A DNA stretch of 64,000 nucleotides, from the NCBI GenBank assembly GCA_965541585.1, contig CBEUCH010000007.1, positions 1 to 64,000 on the forward strand, given 5' to 3'. The position numbers and the translations under genes were made by a program. This document shows positions 1 to 10,102 of this stretch, in pieces. The notes beneath the pieces are model-generated. The model was not told the origin of the DNA, ran no database searches, and saw only the letters and a list, made by a program, of their open reading frames with translations. This DNA is from an uncultured bacterium. Its GTDB lineage: Bacteria; Zixibacteria; MSB-5A5; UBA10806. The first letter of the stretch is position 1; the number at the start of each line of letters is the position of its first letter.

Positions 1-1454
1 AGTGAAAGGTCTCCTTTGATTTCGACGGTGAGCTTGTCAACCAGTGAGAATATCTTTTCGCTTCTCTCGCCGGTGATCCGCTGCGAGGCTATGACATCAC
101 CGGAGCCAACTTCCACTAGCTGGGCCGTCAAAATAATCTGAGGCTCCACCTGAAGAATGCTCCCCATCAACATCCATTTGGCGAGCGCTTTCGTGGCAAC
201 CTGTGAGGCAACGTCCTGGTCAACCTTCTTCGCTCCCTCTTTGCCCAGTAGTTTAAGAATATCATACAGCCTCTGACTAGAGACGATCTGGACGAAGCGC
301 GATTCCGACAGGTCGGTTATAAGGAGATTGGTCACAATCTCGCCGAGTCTTCGATTGTCCTCGGGCTCAGCCAGGTTGTCGAAGTACATTATTGCCAGGC
401 GGTTTTCGGCTGCGACTGCCTCCTGTGTGGGCCGGACCTCAATCTCCCAGGGCTTGAATATCAAAAGCAGCAAAACGATAACGACACCGACTGAACCGGG
501 CACGAGGAACCTCTTGATCGTTCTTTTTTTGGGCGATATCGGCGGTGGCGGAGTCACTGGCGGCTGGACGGGGACGGCCATCTCCGAGGCTTTCTTCAGC
601 CGCTTCAGGTCGGCCACCAGCCCGGAAGCCGTTTGATAGCGCGTCTCCAGATCCTTGTCGAGGGCTTTATCAACTATAATCTGCAGCTCGTCGGGAGCGT
701 CTGCCTTGTAGCGGACCAACGGTTCAGGTGTGTCGCGCAAGATGGAGTTTGACGTTGCCGCTTCCGTTTCCCCGCTGAAAGGCACTCGGCCTGTAATCAT
801 CTCGTAGAGCACGACCCCGAATGAGAAAATATCCGAACGCTGGTCGAGCTGCTTGCCCTGTATCTGTTCAGGTGACATATAACCGATGGTGCCCAGTGTC
901 GAACCGGTTCTGGTGAGTTTTTCATCCCCCTTGATGGCAGCCAGTCCAAAATCAAGGAGCTTCGGCCGTCCATCAGAGCCTATGCAGATATTGGACGGCT
1001 TAATGTCTCGATGGATGACCTCTGCTTCATGGGCCTTGCTGAGACCCTCGCAGATCTGAATCGCCAGATCTATGATTTCGTCTAAGGGAAGCTCTTTCTC
1101 CTTGATCAAATCCCTAAGCGATTTCCCCTCCACATACTGCATAACGATGTAGGGCCGGCGCTGATGCTCGCTCACCTCGTGGATGGTGACGATATTGGGA
1201 TGCTCCAGTACCGCGGCGGCCTGAGCCTCGCGTTTGAAGCGGGCGCGGCATTCTTCGTCCAGGCACAAATGCGGTGGCAGGAACTTAAGGGCTACTTTGC
1301 GATTGAGTTTGGTATCCTCGGCTAGATAGACATCGCCCATCCCGCCGGCGCCGATCTTCTCGATGATCTTATAGTGGGAGATCATCGTCCCTTTGGTTAT
1401 GGGAACGTAAGATCGAGTGTTATCCATTCCATTTTCACGGGGCTCAGATATCAC
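1..1454 (-). CDS. Hanks-type Ser/Thr protein kinase with a transmembrane segment and extracytoplasmic domain; 3' end runs off the window
   Basis: Not in the ORF track. Manual minus-strand translation from GTG at 1454 (GGAG upstream) gives SHYKIIEKIGAGGMGDVYLAEDTKLNRKVALKFL, then HRDIKPSN, DFGLA, GTIGYMSPEQ, a hydrophobic segment and RLAIMYFDN. Confidence 0.92.
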   Translation of the reverse strand, partial: MISEPRENGMDNTRSYVPITKGTMISHYKIIEKIGAGGMGDVYLAEDTKLNRKVALKFLPPHLCLDEECRARFKREAQAAAVLEHPNIVTIHEVSEHQRRPYIVMQYVEGKSLRDLIKEKELPLDEIIDLAIQICEGLSKAHEAEVIHRDIKPSNICIGSDGRPKLLDFGLAAIKGDEKLTRTGSTLGTIGYMSPEQIQGKQLDQRSDIFSFGVVLYEMITGRVPFSGETEAATSNSILRDTPEPLVRYKADAPDELQIIVDKALDKDLETRYQTASGLVADLKRLKKASEMAVPVQPPVTPPPPISPKKRTIKRFLVPGSVGVVIVLLLLIFKPWEIEVRPTQEAVAAENRLAIMYFDNLAEPEDNRRLGEIVTNLLITDLSESRFVQIVSSQRLYDILKLLGKEGAKKVDQDVASQVATKALAKWMLMGSILQVEPQIILTAQLVEVGSGDVIASQRITGERSEKIFSLVDKLTVEIKGDLS

Positions 1455-1553
1455 CGCATACTCTCCGTATCAAAATCGGCCAATTAAAAAAATCCAAATC
1501 TGCCTATCAATAATAGGGTGCAATTAGCGTGAAATCAATATCTATCTGTGCTA

Positions 1554-3197
1554 TCACTCTCTTCGTAAGACTATCATGGTAATGTCATCGCTGCGAGGGA
1601 GTTCACCTATGAAATTACTGACATCGGCCATGATGGAATCGGTAAATTCCTTCGGCGATTGACCTGAACATTTCAACGCCAGTTTTTCCAATCTATCATC
1701 GCCGAACTGTTCATCTCTGGAATCGAAAGCTTCGGGAATTCCATCGGTAAAAGCGAAAACAGTATCTCCCTTTAGAAGATCGACCGATTCCTCTTCCCAG
1801 GCGTCAAAAGCCATAACCCCCAATGGTAAGCCGGATGCTCCGAGATACTCTGTCCTGCCGTCGCTTCGGATAACTAACGGAGGATTGTGACCGGCATTAA
1901 TATATTGCAGAGAATTGGTATCAGGATTAAGCAATCCGATAAAAAGCGTGGCAAAATCGCCCGGTCGCGTGAACGTCAAGAGTTGTTTTGAGACACCGCA
2001 GGTAGCACCGACAAGGCCAAAATCATTCGTATTATAAAAGGCGCGGAATGAGGCGAGTATATTCGAAGCCAACAGAGCAGCGCCCATCCCCTTACCGGAA
2101 ACATCGGCCAGCATAAAAAGAATTCGCCCATCGTCCAGCCGGGCCACATCATAAAGATCTCCGCCGACTTGCTTGCATTGAATCTGAAACGCCTCCATAC
2201 TGTAACGCTCGATCACGGGAATCTCTTTAGGTAATAGTTCGTTCTGGATCTGGGAGGCCACCGCCAATTCGGATTCTAAGATCTCTCTGGCTCGCCTTTC
2301 ATTTAAGAGATTGTTGTTTATCATCTTCGCCGCAAGCATATTCCCAAAAGTTGCGGTTATTCTGAGATAGTCCTCGGTGTAATGATGTGTAGGATTAGTG
2401 GTATCGGCGTACAGGATCCCAAAAACCTTTCCCTCATCGAATAAAGGCACCGCCATGGCCGATTTGATTCTTGATCTAATTATAGATTGTTGCTCTGCAT
2501 ATTTCGCCTCGGCCCGAGGGTCTGAAATCAAAATCGCCTTTCGCTGGCTGAGGAGTTCTTTAAGGATAGTACGAGAAATGCAAAATGAATCAGAATATTC
2601 CTTGCCCGCGATACAACAGGCTGTTAGACAGATATCATCTTCTCGTTGGCCCGTGAGGAATACGGCAACGCGCTCCATCGGGATGACCTCCTGAAGCAAC
2701 CTCAAGCCTTTATCCAACATTTCCTCATCGCCGCCTGGCACGATAAGCATCGTGCCAATCTCCGAAAAGGCCTTGAAAACATTGGGATTCTCTAAAATCT
2801 TCGAGGGAAGAGGCTGGAGTGCCTCCTTCATGGGCAATAAGGTAGCTCTCGTCAGATCATCATCAATATCGCTAATGCTTACCAGATTATCTTTGAATTT
2901 CGAGATTTCACCGATGTTCAATTTTAATTCCACTTTTCCCAGAGTAAAGATATCATCCTGAACGAGTTCAACGGGACCGGTAATTTTATTTCCATTGACA
3001 GTAGTCCCGTTATGGCTCCCGAGGTCTGTCAGCTTGATTGTTTGTTCATCGACGATCTCAATCCGAGCATGCCGTCGGGATACGGTATCATCCACAATGA
3101 TCAAATCGCATTCGGGGCTTCGTCCCATAACGTATATCCCTTTTTTGAGATGCCAATCGTGACGCCTCTTATCCACCGGATCGAATATTCTAATCAT
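1554..3197 (-). CDS. FHA-GAF-PP2C (SpoIIE/RsbU-type) phosphatase
   Basis: FHA motifs GR...SRRHA...DLGSHNGT, a central GAF domain (SAMAVPL...GILYAD) and PP2C motifs GGDLYD, ADVSGKG, NAGH, FTDG, SDDIT. Confidence 0.92.
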   Translation of the reverse strand: MIRIFDPVDKRRHDWHLKKGIYVMGRSPECDLIIVDDTVSRRHARIEIVDEQTIKLTDLGSHNGTTVNGNKITGPVELVQDDIFTLGKVELKLNIGEISKFKDNLVSISDIDDDLTRATLLPMKEALQPLPSKILENPNVFKAFSEIGTMLIVPGGDEEMLDKGLRLLQEVIPMERVAVFLTGQREDDICLTACCIAGKEYSDSFCISRTILKELLSQRKAILISDPRAEAKYAEQQSIIRSRIKSAMAVPLFDEGKVFGILYADTTNPTHHYTEDYLRITATFGNMLAAKMINNNLLNERRAREILESELAVASQIQNELLPKEIPVIERYSMEAFQIQCKQVGGDLYDVARLDDGRILFMLADVSGKGMGAALLASNILASFRAFYNTNDFGLVGATCGVSKQLLTFTRPGDFATLFIGLLNPDTNSLQYINAGHNPPLVIRSDGRTEYLGASGLPLGVMAFDAWEEESVDLLKGDTVFAFTDGIPEAFDSRDEQFGDDRLEKLALKCSGQSPKEFTDSIMADVSNFIGELPRSDDITMIVLRRE

Positions 3198-3260
3198 GAT
3201 GACCTTTTATACGAGACTTGAGCGTACTCATATTAGGAAAACATCGGAATAGCATTACAG

Positions 3261-5645
3261 TCATTTCTTTTTTTTCTGCCGGTTGGTGTTCCTATCGGCG
3301 TGCAATGCCGTCACCAGCCGCTCCGGCGTGACCGGTAATTCCTCGATGCGGACACCGGTGGCATCGTAGATGGCGTTGAGGATCGACGGGATAACCGGCA
3401 TGATGGCGCCCTCGCCCACTTCTTTAGCTCCATACGGGCCGCGAGGTTCGTTGGATTCGATGATGATAGTTTCCAGGCAGGGCATATCCAGTGCAGTCGG
3501 AATTTTATATTCGGCGAGATTGGCATTTATGATACGTCCCTTCTTGTCGTAGATTATTTGTTCCATGAGCGCCTCTCCCGTCCCCATCATCATCGAACCC
3601 TGCATCTGGCCCTCGACTTGAGTCGGGTTGATTGCAAAACCGCAATCGTGAGCGCCTGTTATATGGTCTACGGTTACCTCGCCGGTTTCGAGGTCCACTG
3701 AAACCTCGGCCACCTGCGCCGAACAGCCGAAGGCGGGGGAGGTGCCTACCGCGGCTCCCTTGAATGAACCTCCCAGGGAAGGCGGTCGGTATTTGCCTTT
3801 TCCCACGATGGCCCCGCATTCGAGAAAGGCAATACGGCTTGCCTCTCCAAAGGTCAGCTGAGGTCCTTCCGGCAGATCCATGAAGCCCTTGTGTTCCTGA
3901 AGATACTCCCTGCGCAGTTCTGAGAAATCTATTTCGCCAACTGAGGCGATAACCATATTATCTTTCAGATCGAGAGTTTCGGGAGGTACGCCGAGGCGCC
4001 CGGCTACAGCGTTTAAGATCTGCCGCTTCGCATCCCTGGCCGCTTCCCGGCAAGCATGGCCGGTCATGAGTGTGGTGCGGCTCGAGTAAGCGCCCAGATC
4101 AACGCTGAGACTGGAATCACCTGTTACCATCTTTACGCTATCGATGTCGAGGCCCAGCTCTTCGGCGGTGATCATTGCCAGCATTGTATCCGAGCCCTGC
4201 CCGATATCAGCAGCGCCCGAAAGGACGGTTACTCCGCCGCCTACCTCATCGACCTTTATCAGGACGGTGCAATGGTAGGTTCGGGAGCGATAGATAGAAT
4301 ATCCTGCGCCCGAAACGAAGAAGCCGCAGGCAGCACCGATTCCTCTCCCTTTACCGCTGGTTTTTCCCTTCAGGGATCGCTTCTTTTTCCAGGCAGCCGA
4401 ATCTCTAACGGCCTCTAGGGCCTCGCGCATGCCCAGGCTGCTGACATATAGCTCGTTGCAGGTTGTCTCACCCGCCTCCATGACGTTTTTCAAGCGTAGC
4501 TCAATGGGATCCATGCCCAATTCCTCGGCGATACGGTCGAGCTGCACCTCGAACAAGGCTCTGGCTATGACGGCTCCATGGCCTCGCTGGGCGCCACAGG
4601 CGGGCTTGTTGGTGACAACCCGGTAGCCGTCGTATTTCATGTTCTTCAGTCTGTAAGGTCCTCCCAGCAGTGAGCCTGCATAATATATCGTAACAATACC
4701 GAAACTGGCATACGCTCCACCATCCAGACAGCAATTGTGCTCGAGAAAGGCGAGTGTGCCGTCCTTTTTCACTCCTGTCGTCATAGTATGGAAAAACTGG
4801 TGCCGCGCTCGCGAATGAAGGAAAACCTGCTCACGGTCGAGAGTAATTTTAACCGGTTTGCCGGTTTTTAAAGCCAGAAGACATGTGGCCAATTCCGCCG
4901 TGGAGCAGGAGGCTTTCGGCCCGAAACCGCCGCCCACAGCCGGTTTTATCACGCGCACCTTGTGCAGGGGGAGCCGAAGTGCCAGGGCCAGCGTTCGCTG
5001 CACATAATGAGGGGCCTGCGTGGAACTCCACATGGTCAGATTACCATGGGAATCCACATCAGCCAGCACGCTCTGCGGCTCCATAAAGGCGGCATCCTGC
5101 ATCTTGCTGGTTAAACGATCGGTGCGCACAACGTGTGATTGCTTGCGACCCTCCTCTATATCTCCGAAGCTCCAATGGACCTGAGCGCAGATATTATTTT
5201 TATACATTTCATGAAGCTGTGGTTTTCCCTCTTCCATTGCTGTTAGACCGTCCAGCACCATCGGCAACTCCTCGAAATCCACCTTTATCAGGTTGACCGC
5301 CTCCAGCGCCGTATCCTGGTCTATGGCGGCCACGGCTGCAATCTCATCACCCACGTAACGCACCCTATCGTGGCAGAAGATGGTTTCATCATAACGAGCC
5401 GGGCTGACACCGTAAGATGTGGTACCCGCCTCGCGGTGAGTTACAATGGCCTTTACGCCGGGCAGACGCCCGGCGCGTGATGTGTCTATATTAAGTATGC
5501 GGGCATGGGCCAGCGGGCTGTGCAGGATGGCGGCGTGTAACATGCCGGTCCGCTTCAGGTCGTCTGTATAGTGAACTTTTCCCGTGGCCTTATCTATGGC
5601 ATCCACACGTGGAACACGAGTATTCAATATCCGGTACTTACTCAT
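3261..5645 (-). CDS. Xanthine-dehydrogenase-family molybdopterin-binding subunit, 4-hydroxybenzoyl-CoA reductase alpha (HcrA)-like
   Basis: Motifs GGGFG, CGAQRGHG, GAADIGQGS, GAYSSR, VEGQMQG and GAKEVGEG. Start moved to ATG 5645 (MSKYRILN), which overlaps the upstream stop (ATGA). Confidence 0.88.
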   Translation of the reverse strand: MSKYRILNTRVPRVDAIDKATGKVHYTDDLKRTGMLHAAILHSPLAHARILNIDTSRAGRLPGVKAIVTHREAGTTSYGVSPARYDETIFCHDRVRYVGDEIAAVAAIDQDTALEAVNLIKVDFEELPMVLDGLTAMEEGKPQLHEMYKNNICAQVHWSFGDIEEGRKQSHVVRTDRLTSKMQDAAFMEPQSVLADVDSHGNLTMWSSTQAPHYVQRTLALALRLPLHKVRVIKPAVGGGFGPKASCSTAELATCLLALKTGKPVKITLDREQVFLHSRARHQFFHTMTTGVKKDGTLAFLEHNCCLDGGAYASFGIVTIYYAGSLLGGPYRLKNMKYDGYRVVTNKPACGAQRGHGAVIARALFEVQLDRIAEELGMDPIELRLKNVMEAGETTCNELYVSSLGMREALEAVRDSAAWKKKRSLKGKTSGKGRGIGAACGFFVSGAGYSIYRSRTYHCTVLIKVDEVGGGVTVLSGAADIGQGSDTMLAMITAEELGLDIDSVKMVTGDSSLSVDLGAYSSRTTLMTGHACREAARDAKRQILNAVAGRLGVPPETLDLKDNMVIASVGEIDFSELRREYLQEHKGFMDLPEGPQLTFGEASRIAFLECGAIVGKGKYRPPSLGGSFKGAAVGTSPAFGCSAQVAEVSVDLETGEVTVDHITGAHDCGFAINPTQVEGQMQGSMMMGTGEALMEQIIYDKKGRIINANLAEYKIPTALDMPCLETIIIESNEPRGPYGAKEVGEGAIMPVIPSILNAIYDATGVRIEELPVTPERLVTALHADRNTNRQKKKK

Positions 5646-6109
5646 GATTTTCCTTCGGTAGCTGCCTGAATGGCCTCGACAATTTTCTGGTAGCCGGTGC
5701 AGCGGCAGAGGTTGCCTGAAATCGCCCTGCGTATTTCCTGCTCTCCGGGACTGGGATTGCGGCGCAGAAGCTCTGCGGCCGTCATGAGCATACCCGGTGT
5801 GCAAAAACCGCACTGAATGGCGCCATGATCGACAAAGGATTGTTGAAGCCGATTCGGTTTACCGTTTTCTGCCAATCCTTCTATAGTCTCAACTGAACGA
5901 CCATCCACCTGAATGGCCAGCGTAAGGCAACTGAGCGTTGCCACTCCCTCAACGAGCACCGTGCAGGCTCCGCAATCACCGATGCCGCAACCTTTCTTGG
6001 TGCCGATCAGGTCGAGATCCTCCCGCAATAGCTCCAGGAGCGTCCGGCGCGGTTCGACGGCGATTTCATGCCTGATGCCATTGACGGTCAGCGAGATGAT
6101 CTTTTTCAT
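5642..6109 (-). CDS. 2x[2Fe-2S] small subunit of the molybdoenzyme
   Basis: [12 protein letters not shown]...C and QCGFCTPG...CRCTGY motifs. Confidence 0.95.
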   Translation of the reverse strand: MKKIISLTVNGIRHEIAVEPRRTLLELLREDLDLIGTKKGCGIGDCGACTVLVEGVATLSCLTLAIQVDGRSVETIEGLAENGKPNRLQQSFVDHGAIQCGFCTPGMLMTAAELLRRNPSPGEQEIRRAISGNLCRCTGYQKIVEAIQAATEGKS

Positions 6110-7140
6110 TTATCGCCCCCGGCCCGCCGGAGAGATAGTTTCAGCAATCGCCTGGTGAGTATTTCGACCATTTGCACACGGTACCAGGCGGAGCCGCGGT
6201 GATCATCGATAGGGCAGGCGTCTTCACTGGCGGCACGAGCCGCCTCAAAGAGGACCGCATCGCTGGGAACCTTTCCTAAGAGAAGGTCTCTTGCCGAATC
6301 GGACAGGATGGGCGTTGGCCCTACCGCTCCCAGGGCGATACTCACGTTCGCCACCGGGCCGCCGGGTTCCTCGAGGGATACCCAGACCGCTACACCAGCG
6401 GTCGAAATCTCCAGCGCCTTGCGGTTTGCAAGTTTATAATAGGCGCTTGCCGAATGAGGCGGCGATGGCGGATAGGTAACAGCCGTTATTATTTCGTCGG
6501 GCCCGATCGTAGAAACGCCCGGCCCTCGAGGGAAATCCCTGGCGGTAACGGAACGAATTCCAGATGCCCCCTGTAAGGTTAGCGTCCCGCCCAATGCGAT
6601 AGTCGGCACGGCCATATCGGCTGCCGGGCGAGCATTGGCGATATTACCTCCCAGTGTGGCCAGGTTGCGGACGAGGGGGCTTCCCAGACAATCGGCACCT
6701 TCGGATAAGGCCGCCCACCCGCTACGGATCTCTTGGGAGCGCTCTATTTCGCTTATTGTCGTCATGGCCCCTACCCGCAGACTACCGTCCTCCATCCTCT
6801 TCATGCCTTTTAATTCCTTGAGCTTGTGCAGTGTGACGAGGTAGGCGGGAGGTGCGAGCCCCGTATCCTGCAATGCGCCACGCAGGGAACCATCCGGCTC
6901 CATCATTGGATCGGATTCCCATAGCCTGCAATCGATCGTCGATCGAACCGCCCCCTCGGCGTGAGTAAGACAGCCATCGCAACGGGGAACATGCTGGGGG
7001 ATAATCGGGGACCGAAGGTCTACAAGAATATCGGTGCCGCCCGCCAGAAGACGTACTCCTTCGGCGGTATGCTCCTTCAGCATGGCGCAGGCTTCATCTA
7101 TTGCCTCCGGCACAAGTACATCGAAGCGGGGGAGTTTCAT
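6106..7140 (-). CDS. FAD-binding medium subunit of the molybdoenzyme, with a ~50-aa Cys/His insertion
   Basis: AGGTD, RNLATLGGN, PAAD and DDHRGSAWYR motifs; 4-nt overlap with the small subunit. Confidence 0.9.
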   Translation of the reverse strand: MKLPRFDVLVPEAIDEACAMLKEHTAEGVRLLAGGTDILVDLRSPIIPQHVPRCDGCLTHAEGAVRSTIDCRLWESDPMMEPDGSLRGALQDTGLAPPAYLVTLHKLKELKGMKRMEDGSLRVGAMTTISEIERSQEIRSGWAALSEGADCLGSPLVRNLATLGGNIANARPAADMAVPTIALGGTLTLQGASGIRSVTARDFPRGPGVSTIGPDEIITAVTYPPSPPHSASAYYKLANRKALEISTAGVAVWVSLEEPGGPVANVSIALGAVGPTPILSDSARDLLLGKVPSDAVLFEAARAASEDACPIDDHRGSAWYRVQMVEILTRRLLKLSLRRAGGDK

Positions 7141-7454
7141 CTCACTATTCTCTCGCTAAGACATGGTTGTAATATTTCATTTCGGGAATGGGCGCGATTA
7201 ACAACACTATCCCGGATTCACAAAAGAGAAAAAAAAGAACTCTTTCCACTAAGTCCGGAATATTGGGCTAACACGATATTTCTGCAACAAAAATCTATGG
7301 TCGTATTTCATAAATTAGTTGATAGTATGTTCGATCGGCTAAAATGCTCTACAGCCGAAGTAGATTCTGATTTTCTTAGATAAGACTCCGGAATGTTGTG
7401 CGGGCTTTTTTTATTCATGAGAGCCCGAGCAGTCTAAGGATCTAAACCTGTGCC

Positions 7455-10067
7455 TTATCTTTGGTCTGTGCCGATGCGGGAAGCAGCTTTCGATTTCAAG
7501 GAAGGTACGACCTGCAAATTGCCGGTGCCGTCATTCGGCGATGTTCTCCGCAGTCCCGGGCAGTCGACGCATCCGCTTGGTGTAGCCGTTCCCCTGTAAG
7601 CGCCGATCTCGGTGACGGCATCACTTAGCTCATTGGCAACGCAATTGCCGTCAGGATCGGCCCCCGGTGTAAAATCGTTTCCATGCGGGGGGCAATCGCA
7701 GGAGTAATTTGCTGAAGCAGTACCCCTGTAGATGCCTAACATGAGGATCACATCGCCTAACTCGTAAGGTGTGCCGTTGTGATCGGTATCTCCGGGGATG
7801 TAGGAACAATCAGAGGGATTTGCATAAATTGTAAAAGCAGCATTGGAAATATCCTCGCCGGTGTTCGCCGACGCATCATGCGCAACTATTTTTACCCAGG
7901 CGTTTTCCGTAGGATCGGGAGGGACGTTCCAGTCATAACTGCCGTCGTCAGACTCGCCGTTGGAGATTAGCTCATAAGGCCCGCCGGAACCCGAAGCCGA
8001 ATAATATATGTCAATCGATGTTACCCCGATATTGTCGCTGGCCGTCCATGATATGATCTGGTTTGAATAAACAGGCCAGTTTTCCCCGCCATTGGGGGAG
8101 AGGACGGTAACCGTCGGCGGCTCGGTATCCGGTTCCGATTCTCCGAACTGGAAGTTTATCACCTGATCGGCCAGAATATCAACATCATATAAGGTTGAGT
8201 CGGGATAGCCGTAGATAGGGTCGGGGTCGAAAGTCAGATCGTAAGTGTCGGGCTTCAAAATCATCTCGTAATAGCCTGCCGGATCGGTCTCGTTTCCGGG
8301 AGTGAAAGCTTCCTCCTGAGTCGAACTCTCGACGGCGGTTATCCTCACGTCGAGCATGGGATTGCCGGTATGACCGGTTACAGTGCCGGAAACCACCATT
8401 CCGGTATCAAGAGTCACTTCAATATAAGTATCCACGTTTAGAGAATAATCCGGGAAGAGCGCGGCGGCAAGGCGGCGTATTTTAGGCGGTTTTATTTCCA
8501 GATTATAAGTCCCGGGAGCGACAACTGTCGCAAATTCGCCGTTGCTGTCGGTGTAGTCGCCCACCAGAGGCACATCGGTAGTGTCTGAGAGGTCTATGGC
8601 ATCGATATCCACGCCTTCCACACCGACCTGATCGTTGTTCTGGACCAGACCCCAGAGAAGAACTCCATAAGGCAAGGTGACATCAATAACAATATCACTG
8701 GCAATAATTTGATCCTCCAGATAAACAGGGGCTAGATACGGAGGAATAACCGGTGGTTTAAAAGCGATATCATAAACGCCCGTCGGTATGACAAGCTGGT
8801 AAATTCCCGAATTATCGGTATTATCACGAGGAGTAAAAAGCTCTTCTTCAGTGGGGGGATCTATGACGTCGAGATCAACATCGCCTACTCCAGATGCCTC
8901 CGGATCGCTTACAGTTCCGGTCACCAGGTGGCCGGCTTCCAGATTGAAATTGAGAAGAAAATCGCTGACGACAAAGACATCGTATTCGATTGCAGGGACC
9001 AGCCTATCGCTAATCTGGGGCATGACATTTATATCATAATTGCCAGCGGGTACGATTACCAGGTAGTTGCCTGATTCATCGGTATCGTCTCCCGGTGTAT
9101 AGAGTTCTTCTCCGGTATCGCTGTTTTCAACATTGATATCGGCGTCTGCTACACCGGAGCCCGTCGGACCGCTGACGTTTCCGTAAACCTGATAACCGGT
9201 TTCCAGAGAGAAATCGAGGGTAATATCGCCCAGAACGGAGACGTTGTAAGCTATTGCCGGCGCCAGGTTAGAGCCCTCGGGCGGTTCCACTGATATGTCA
9301 AAGGCGCCGGGAGGCACAGTTATATGATAGAATCCTTCAGAATCGGTATTATCTCCCTGCATATAGATTTTTTCACCGGTTTCACTGTCCTCGGCATCGA
9401 GGTCTGCTCCTGCAACAGGGCCTCCCGGACCGGTTACTATGCCGGAAACAAAATGGCCGTCGTCCAGAACCACGTCAATCCATGTATCAGCGAAAACCTC
9501 CACATTTGTCAGTTGGACCGGAACATATCTCTCGCCGAAAACCGGTCGGTATACGATCCGGTAAATCCCATCCGGTACAAAGATATCATAATAGCCTTCG
9601 GAATCTGTGTCATCACCCGGAATATCGAGTTGTTCGCCGCTGGCCTGATCATATATATTAAGATCGATATTCGGTATCCCCGCTCCGTGGATATCTCGTA
9701 CATAGCCTTCGATTCTATTTCCGTATTGTAAGGCAACGTCCAGGTTAACGTCGTCCTGCACTTCTACTCCCTCTACGAGCTTCGGGCGCAATCCGGACTC
9801 AGGAGGAGGCTGGAAATCAACATCATAAGTGCCTGCCGGCATGTCCGGAATCGAATACTCCCCATCCCCATCCGTTATATCGTTTGCGCCGCCAACCGGA
9901 TTGCCCAAAAAATATACCTGGACTTCAACGAATTCGACTGGGTCATCGGTTACAGCCTCTGTCACTCTCCCGGAGATAGTATAGAAATCCTGCCCCCCGG
10001 CCACCTGCGCCCCTATGACGAATCCCGCAAATATGATAAAGAATGCGGAAATAAAATTGCGATTCAT
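7455..10067 (-). CDS. Secreted acidic protein with 7 carboxypeptidase-regulatory-like/Ig repeats, an Ig-like domain (SPNGGE) and a dockerin-like Cys-containing C-terminus
   Basis: Signal peptide MNRNFISAFF with GGAGG upstream of ATG 10067; seven ~88-aa repeats with G.V...D.D...(T)PGD.TD..G.Y; C-terminus CSYIPGD...D.DG.C. Confidence 0.8.
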   Translation of the reverse strand: MNRNFISAFFIIFAGFVIGAQVAGGQDFYTISGRVTEAVTDDPVEFVEVQVYFLGNPVGGANDITDGDGEYSIPDMPAGTYDVDFQPPPESGLRPKLVEGVEVQDDVNLDVALQYGNRIEGYVRDIHGAGIPNIDLNIYDQASGEQLDIPGDDTDSEGYYDIFVPDGIYRIVYRPVFGERYVPVQLTNVEVFADTWIDVVLDDGHFVSGIVTGPGGPVAGADLDAEDSETGEKIYMQGDNTDSEGFYHITVPPGAFDISVEPPEGSNLAPAIAYNVSVLGDITLDFSLETGYQVYGNVSGPTGSGVADADINVENSDTGEELYTPGDDTDESGNYLVIVPAGNYDINVMPQISDRLVPAIEYDVFVVSDFLLNFNLEAGHLVTGTVSDPEASGVGDVDLDVIDPPTEEELFTPRDNTDNSGIYQLVIPTGVYDIAFKPPVIPPYLAPVYLEDQIIASDIVIDVTLPYGVLLWGLVQNNDQVGVEGVDIDAIDLSDTTDVPLVGDYTDSNGEFATVVAPGTYNLEIKPPKIRRLAAALFPDYSLNVDTYIEVTLDTGMVVSGTVTGHTGNPMLDVRITAVESSTQEEAFTPGNETDPAGYYEMILKPDTYDLTFDPDPIYGYPDSTLYDVDILADQVINFQFGESEPDTEPPTVTVLSPNGGENWPVYSNQIISWTASDNIGVTSIDIYYSASGSGGPYELISNGESDDGSYDWNVPPDPTENAWVKIVAHDASANTGEDISNAAFTIYANPSDCSYIPGDTDHNGTPYELGDVILMLGIYRGTASANYSCDCPPHGNDFTPGADPDGNCVANELSDAVTEIGAYRGTATPSGCVDCPGLRRTSPNDGTGNLQVVPSLKSKAASRIGTDQR

Positions 10068-10102
10068 TTGTGCCTCCAAAACCAACTACAACGTCGAAGA
10101 TG

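Noticed and set aside
5646..5813. 56-aa N-terminal extension of the molybdoenzyme large subunit in the ORF track
   Set aside because: It overlaps the 2Fe-2S gene; family similarity begins at ATG 5645, which has an ATGA overlap.
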